64,000 bases of DNA, from the NCBI GenBank assembly GCA_030141605.1, contig JAQGDQ010000088.1, forward strand, positions 124,001 through 188,000. Reading direction: 5' to 3'. A program made the translations under genes and the position numbers. Below are positions 56,250 through 64,000 of the stretch, piece by piece; the first letter of the stretch is position 1, and every line of letters begins with the position of its first letter. The notes beneath the pieces are model-generated. The model was not told where the DNA came from. It worked only from the letters and a program-made list of their open reading frames with translations, and made no database searches. The stretch comes from Tubiluchus corallicola (Eukaryota; Animalia; Priapulida).

Positions 56250-59200
56250 TTATCTTGCTCGTTTATCTTCCAGTGCTACGGTTTCTAACGACCACTTTTG
56301 AGAAACACTTCCAGAGCACTTCGCTAATGATGGTGTGTCTTTGTTTGGTCCCTCCGGTTTGTCTAAACATTTACCTGATAAGGAATGCTTTAACGTTTGT
56401 GCCTAAAAATGAAAGTATTTTACAGTATTAAATGAAAAATCTAATGTGAAGGATTTTGGCAAATTACTTCAAATATGATATGCCAAGTGCAAATTTTACA
56501 CAATAGCAAACAACATAATGCATTCAAATCTTAATCTTCTGGCACAAATTACAAACTAGAAATGCATCAAAGTCTAGTTCACAAACATACCAGGACAACT
56601 CTGACTTTCTGCCCAATTTTTTTATTCTCCTGAATGTATTTTTTTTAAATAGTAAGCTGATTGTTAAGTTCTACATCAACATTTTTTCTTTGCAGCAACA
56701 ACAATGACGTAGTGTTGCTGCTTGGTTTGAGCAACATATCTACAACAATATTAGACCAAATTGAAGATAGGGTGGCAAGTAAGCAGAGATAGTTACAAAC
56801 CAAGCTGCAAAAGATCACAAAGTATATTTGGAAATGTTAAACGTTCAGATTCAGGGATGCGATCTACATGTTGATTTAACAAAAAATACTCAATTGTAAT
56901 CGAGCCTGTTTAAAATTCAAGCAATGTGCAAATTAACCCAGTGTCACTTTAAACTGTGACAGGCTTACATGGCCACATGGATAATCTAAGATTATTAAGT
57001 TACGAACGCAATCTATTTTCAAACCATGTATTGAATTGTTCATTCTTGTGTAATTTAAATTACATTATTGAAATAATGAATTAATTTACAAAACAGATTG
57101 TTGTCATGAAATGAAATCAAAACAATTGATTCTAAATGGCTGAGTACCAATTGTTTTAAATAACCTAGAGCAATTTTCGTCCAACAGTAAACTCTGCAAA
57201 ATTCGGTATTGTGTAATTCGCAATATCGTTTATCTCAGATAGATTCGGTAGAATGAATTTGTTTCTATACATCTTAATACATTAAGCAATTGCACAACTT
57301 GCGTAAATTGCACAAATTACCATGTTTTCTGGGGAATTTATGTGCCAGTAATTCAACGATTTTGCCTTTTTAATAAAAGTATGACTGTAATATTATTTCT
57401 CGGACTTCTAGTGTCGGCTGCAGTAGGCCATGACAGTCTCTCTTTCTCAATAAATGCAGGTGTTTTTCTGTACGCATCTGCGTGAGTAAAAAACTTGAAT
57501 GACAATCTCATTTCTGATTGTTCAATTACGATAACTGGGCAGTTCTACCTTGAGCTGCGGTGTGGGAGTGTGTGTAATTGCCGTTAGTGTTGGGCATTTT
57601 CAAAATAGATTATTTAAAACAAAAGGTGTCAGTTGACAATTAATCATTTCAAAGCAAACTAAGTAACATATGGCCATGAAGTAGGCTCCAGTTTCAATAA
57701 ATGGTTACACGCAAGCACATAATGCATCCACAAAGAAATGATTGCACAAATTTGCATCTTTGTCAAACTCAGTTTATCATGGAGCTCACACAGATATTTT
57801 GGGCCCTTGCCATCCGAATTATGCAAAGTTTACTGCAGTTTTAGGGTTATTTAAAATAAATGAATTAAATCTACACATGTAGAGAACTTACTCCTTGATC
57901 GTACTCCCATCTTTGGTTGCCACCAGATCCATGACATCGTTGTAACTGCACAGGACCATTATTACTTGCAGCTAAGCAATTATCATCTGCCATTAGCTCA
58001 TTTTTTCTAGTGTAAGAAAATACCTGTAATAAAAAAATATGAGAGTACCATAAAATGAATGTAAAACATCGGAAGACTGGTTCACTGTAATATACAAATG
58101 TACTTTTAAATGTAAAGAAACCTGCTAAATCTCCGTATGATTGCAAGTAGTCGATTGAAATTGTTTTGTCAAAAAATACTACTGATATCATACTTGATAT
58201 GATAATTGAAAATGATATTAAAACAGCCGCTCGACTAAATACAGCACAAATTTTAGTTATTAATTTTTAAAAACTTAAAAATAAAAAAAATTAAAAAATA
58301 TTTTTGTAGTTTCATGTCTGGTATACTGTATCTCACATTTGTCAGGTAACTTTTTAAACTATTCCTTTTTCTCATTCAAACATTTTCTGCTCTCCCAGAA
58401 TAGTATTCACTGCCCACTAGAAGTATTCTTCTCCGTAGAGTTACTATATAGTATAGCGAAAAAATTTCTAATCAGTAAGCCACCTTACTTGAAAACAATG
58501 CTCAATCAGAGCATCTAACAGGATGTGAAAAGCCTATTGATAGACTGCAATCACTGAAATCAGTAACATGACTTAATAAGCTACTACTAAACCCTACTGA
58601 TACTTGCTGGCACTAAAGGAGTTTGCATGGTAAAGTAACACAGTTTGATCCTGCAGAAGCAACTTTCAAGGTTATACTTTGAGGACAGCCATAAGTAAAC
58701 AATTATTAACCTATAATCAACTAGTAGTGGATTTATGTAACTTTATAAAAAACCAACTTTATTGGGTAACTTTAAGTTACAAAAGTTAGTAAGTGTTTCA
58801 GGTTTGCAGAAAATACCAATATATATATATTACATAAATAAAAAAGATAGGAAAATCACACATATTTGCATACTCTACACAAATTCAAATTAAGGTAAAC
58901 AATTAACTATCATACTTGATTGCCACCCATTCCATGGCATGAAACTATTGCAACAGATTCTCCCGCTTTTCTACTAAAAGTGTCTAAACACATGCTGGTC
59001 TCTTTATTTCTAACCTAAATTAAAACAAATATAAAATGGTCTATTTAAATAAACAGAATATATAAAAATATCAGTATTACCAAGTTTTAGCAAAGGATAT
59101 GAGTTTCACAGTCAAATTTTTTATTTTTTATACACCAATTTAGTTATAACATCATAAGCAGATACATTATTTATGTCACAATGGCTTGTCGGAGGTAAGT

Positions 59201-62200
59201 TGCTGGAATGCTATTAACAAAACTTCATTAGCATAAGTTACAATACAGACAATCTTACTCCAATTTAATAATTTACTATTAAAATAGCATTTAGTGAGGC
59301 AATATGGAAAGTGGAGTTATACCAGTGTAATAATTAATTAAAACTGCAAGTTTAAATAATTTCAAAATGGATAGATATAGCATCCTGTAGCTTACAATAT
59401 GACTCTGGAGAGTTGAATTAAATTTAACTCTAATTATGTTTATGATTAAATTTTTAACACATTTTGAATCACCTTTATAGCGACTTATTTTATTTGCATT
59501 CACATAATAATACATAAATGGGTTTTCAAAATGTAACATGATTAAAAGACAGTAGTAAAATTTTTAAACAGAAAACCCTGTGCAGACATGCAATTTTACT
59601 GTTGCATCAAAATCGAATGTGAAGACAAGTAATTTTAAATAGCGTAACTGGCGTTATGGAGATTAAGGAGTCTGCACGTATTATTGGGCTGTACATTACC
59701 GGTCTCGACATCAAGTGGAGAAAAAACATTATCAGAGAAACCTCAGAGAAACTCTTATTTTTGGGTTTTTCTTACTGCTATGTGTGAGCTTAAGTGGGCG
59801 TATTTTACAACATGATCTGTGCAAAATTTAAGATTGCTGTAATATACTGGCACACATTACCTTAAGAACTAAAACTGCTTAAAAATGGAACTATCAATGT
59901 AGTTAAAAAACACGAAATCAAAATACAAATGTTGTTAAGCACTATCAGATTACATGAGAAGGCCAAATTAAATAGTTGTGTGAATTTTGTACATGAATTA
60001 TAATTGTAAGTGGTGCCTATCATTGTGAAATGCTGAAATGTGAAAAGTGAGCAGAGAAATGTGTTGGTTACATTTGGATAGACTGTTCACTTTGAAAATT
60101 TCATATTTTGGTCTCTAGTTACAAAATGTGTCACCGAATCTCTTAAAAGATGGTAGCAAAGACAGTAAAAATGCCTTACGTTCATTAATTTGTTCTTTTT
60201 CTTTCTTTTGAATACTTAATGGTTCCTCTTCATAAGACATTACGTTCTTATGTTTAACTATTGTGTTTGGTTAAAAGTTGCACAATTAAGAATTGTACCG
60301 TCTGCACACTCTCATTGAAAGCAGTACATTACAAAACAGTTACACAACTAAAAGTTTGAGCTCAGATTGTAATTTTTAGTTGCGCAATATATAATTGCAT
60401 ATATCTGCAGGCCCAACTTGACTTCAGTTATTTAGTAATCTTGCAACTTTTAGTTGCACAATTGAAAATTGGATGTCTGCAAGAGGCCCAAGTTTTAAAA
60501 TAATGAAAAAATAACTATTAAATACTACTACTAATTAGTACAGTAAGTCCTCGCATAACGATGTTAATGCGCTCCAGCAAAATGTGACGTTAACCAAAAT
60601 GTCGTTAAACAAAACAAAGACTTCCATAGAAAGTAATGCAGAAGAATTGAGATACATTCCAGAGGCAAAAGTCATGTTGCTTAAATCATATAAATTAAAC
60701 ATTTTATCAGTTTTTATTCATATTTCTACTGATTATGTTCTTTCTGTTTGCTTGAAACAACCTATATTTCTTACCACTACTTAGGCAGACTTGCTAGCGA
60801 TTGCTCTTTCCTTAATATTGAATCTCTGTATATATAGGCAATTAGCATTTAAACACTGCCTACTGCATAGTGAAAGCCACGCCCTAGAGCGACCTTGGGA
60901 CAATTTCATGCAGTAGTAGTCTGGTTACTACAGGTTGCAGACAAAATTCCTTGGCATAAAGTTTGAACTTAGGTGTCTGGAGGCATATGAATTCCAAATA
61001 GATCTCGCTTGATACAAACAGCTACCATTTAGTACGTAGTAAATCAGGAAGCAAAAATATATAATAATTGTACTGTTTTACATTATTAGTATATTTTTAG
61101 AACAGAATAATGCAATATATACTTGGTACATTTTAATGCTTCAAATTAGATAAAAAAGTTGTTGATAAACTAAAGAATTGTTTTGAGCAAAGTAAAAAAA
61201 TCGTCGTTAAAATGAAACGTGCATAGTTCATAAGGTGTCAAATGTACAGTGAAGTTAAAACAAAACATTGCTAACGGGGAGTCGTTATGCGAGGACTTAC
61301 TGTAATACATAGTTTCAATAATTTTCAAAAAAATTTTCTTGTTTTGTTCTCACAAGTAACATAATAACACAGCCAAAAAATAATGGGCATTTGTGTCAGG
61401 ACAGACATAATATGACAAGGTGTGATGTGAAATTACCATGAGATGAGGACATTAATCTTCATGACCATTTAACTAATCAGAACTGTAAATAGCTAATATT
61501 TTTTGCTACACATGATAAAAATGATATATCCTGCAAATTTGAAAATCACTTCTTCAGCTGAAAAGAAAATCAATTTGTTATCGTAATGATTAAATCTGAC
61601 TATGCTGTTAAGTAAAAATTAACAAAAATACAAAAGCTACAATAAGTAACAAATCGTACTTACTTCTCCTAATGAAAAATAATCTAAAGGCATCTGTGAC
61701 TCGGGATATACGTTTTCTAAATACCAACGAAAGCTTTTGCAGTTCAATTTCTCTCTCAAGGCCTTACGTTCTGTTACGTCACCGGCATCCATTCGTTTTG
61801 CAACTATAAACACCAAATTTAAATTTTAACAGTAATTAATACACATAGCATCATAGAATGCATAGATGCAATAGCCACATCTCAAGATGAAATCTCCTTA
61901 ACAGTAACAATTGTTTTGTTGAATGGTCATTCACAAAGCTTATATTAACCACTTTGCGAGTGGTAGTTTTTCGTGTAAATGTAAGTGAATTAGAAACACA
62001 CTACACTGATGAACAAACACTATTTTCTTTAAAACAAAAGCTCTCTGATGCTAGAGTGCAAAAACACATCAAGCGGCCTTAGTAAGTTAAATTATTCTGC
62101 TTTAAACCCACTAGCAGCTGTTCACATAAAACACATATATGTCCGCTTCAAAAACTGCATGTGTAATAATAATCTCCATGGTTGAATAATGTGGTTATTT

Positions 62201-63728
62201 GCTGAGAAAGTTATTGGATACAATATGAACAACACTGCAGCATTTCACCAGAGATGGTAAAGGCATAATATGACCTTTCTTTATCGTTTACTACGTCAAC
62301 AAAACATCAAAGTAAACATGAACGATAATTCTGCACGATGTGTTACAGGCTTTGCAACTTACTGTATACACAAAAATGTCCATATTAGACTTTGTAAGCA
62401 TTCAAGTGAGTATTTTATTATAGTGTCATGAGTATTGACTTCTGACAATGTTTTCGATATAATTTTCTTCATTACACTTTCTTTTACACTGGCACAACGG
62501 AATCCACTACATCAAAGTAAACAAACGCATTGACAATGTAATTATATTACCAACATGAGTGGCACCAAACAGATTTGCTTTAGTCATACCGGGGTGCATT
62601 GCTATGCACCGTGTAGAACAAATTGAAAGAGCAAAAAATTTTATACCTGGATTGACTTTAAAGAAAAAGTTTTTCCATTCGTCCATCCAAACTTCAGCTA
62701 AGCGGGCATTATTATGATTAATAATTTGACCTGTTCCCCCAGGAAACGTATAGGGAGTGGTTTTACGGAAAACATGACCAACACGCGAACAAGTGGCTAT
62801 TTCCACACTTCCTCCACACATCCACACCTGAATTAAATTGCAAAGAATATTATCTTACAGTGAACTCTTTAGTCAACATTCTAATAGAATAGCCAAAGCA
62901 ACAAAGTGAACTTTAAAGTTTTAATGTGTTGATGAATTAATGGCCTAACTAAGTGAAATGACCTGGAACTAAGAAATTATGAAGAAACAAAAATAAAGTA
63001 TCGAACATCACTATTAAGCAAATACGCTATTACGTAAACATTTATGATTTGAGAATGAGTTTAAAAAGCAGGATTAGTAATAAATAAGGTTCTTTCTTTG
63101 AATACTCGCCAGCGCCTTGTTGGCACTTAAGAGAAAAAATTCAGAAAGAAGCTGATAACAAGAAAAATCAGTCACTCACTACTACTTGATAGCCCTAGTG
63201 AGAAATATGTTATTTAGAAGAGCAAGAAAGTATAACTGTTTCTATGGACATGGCAAAATTGGCTTCAAAAACCACTAAAATAATCAAATTAATCCAGCAC
63301 TAACATCATTCCAAATTTAATAATGAACTTATTATCATTTGATTGCTAGAATAACTTTGAACTTATTGTTATTGACACTTTCATTTGTGCTAAACTTCTG
63401 TCAACACACTGTGTTATGTTAATAGAGCCAAGGTAACCACCACATGAAAACTGAGTTCTTATTAGCTGAGCCATGTGTGGAGGCCCTATTAACCATATGT
63501 TTATGTTATTATATTTAAAATTGGAAATGCAAACCAATAAACACTTTCTACAAAAAAACTCATACAAAATGAAGCAACACCAACAAGACAAAACATACGA
63601 CGCTACTCACTCTAAAAGACATCTCTAAATTTTCTCCGCCCCATATGTTCATCCCAGAATCATACTTTCCAATTTCTTCAAAATAATCCTTACTAATCGC
63701 AAATAATCCACCTGCCATAGTGGGTGTC
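56250..63728 (-). CDS. GALNT1: Polypeptide N-acetylgalactosaminyltransferase, GALNT1/13 (pgant5-like) group; last six coding exons, gene continues beyond the window
   Basis: Exons 63728-63611 (TPTMAGGLF...[11 protein letters not shown]), 62827-62647 (VWMCGG...[10 protein letters not shown]), 61803-61664 ([18 protein letters not shown]), 59014-58916, 58023-57892 and 56402-56250 (ricin-B lectin repeats CLD...CHG.GGNQ, ending EDKRAR*). Splice phases are consistent. Confidence 0.9.
59574..60489. mobile_element. Degenerate MITE (Harbinger-like termini)
   Basis: Left CCCTGTGCAGACATGCAATTTT versus right-end reverse complement GGGCCTCTTGCAGACATCCAATTTT, with internal TTTAGTTGC repeats. Confidence 0.45.
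60541..61302. mobile_element. Complete Tigger/pogo-like MITE, 762 bp
   Basis: Perfect 21-bp TIR CAGTAAGTCCTCGCATAACGA with a TA duplication at both ends. A second copy lies at about 5209. Confidence 0.92.
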
Positions 63729-64000
63729 CTAGGAAAAAACAAATTATAGTATAAAAGCATAAGTAAAGCGTATTTTTGTTTAGATGCTTTTATGAGGAAA
63801 ATGTGATTTAGAAAAGTCAGCAGAGCAGTTTCATTACAACGATCAGGTTAAATTTTAAGAATAAAAAAAAGATTAAGTTAAATGAATAAGATTCAATAGA
63901 CGTTGTTTTTCAACACAGATCTTTTTAAAGTAGCTGTTAAGAGTATAATGTTGCACAGAACATAAATTGTGGAAGTGGAATTGTCTAAGTAAACTAACAA

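Overview
AT-rich genomic DNA from an invertebrate animal, possibly a lophotrochozoan; the taxon cannot be fixed from the sequence. Six host genes were read by hand using GT-AG splice sites. (1) The last coding exon of SMIM8 (+, missed by the ORF track). (2) A single-coding-exon SLC37/GlpT-type MFS transporter (-). (3, 4) Two single-coding-exon C2H2 zinc-finger genes (+). (5) A complete 24-exon DHX8/Prp22 (+, about 1197 aa). (6) The 3' six exons of a GALNT1/13-like polypeptide GalNAc transferase (-), convergent with DHX8. The rest is a dense mix of decayed LINEs (RTE, CR1/L2-like, and an APE-RT LINE with CCCH fingers in ORF1), MITEs and other DNA-transposon derivatives (Tc1/mariner-pogo, hAT, Sola-like, foldback), a Gypsy gag remnant and microsatellites, often nested. 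The best candidate for something undescribed is a 31-aa N-terminal module (C-x2-C-x2-C-x9-H-x4-H-CKVLVSEG). It is 74% identical between the two otherwise unalignable zinc-finger proteins and shows mostly synonymous DNA divergence, so it may be a lineage-specific effector or dimerisation domain analogous to KRAB, ZAD or SCAN. All coordinates were read manually; no database searches were run.
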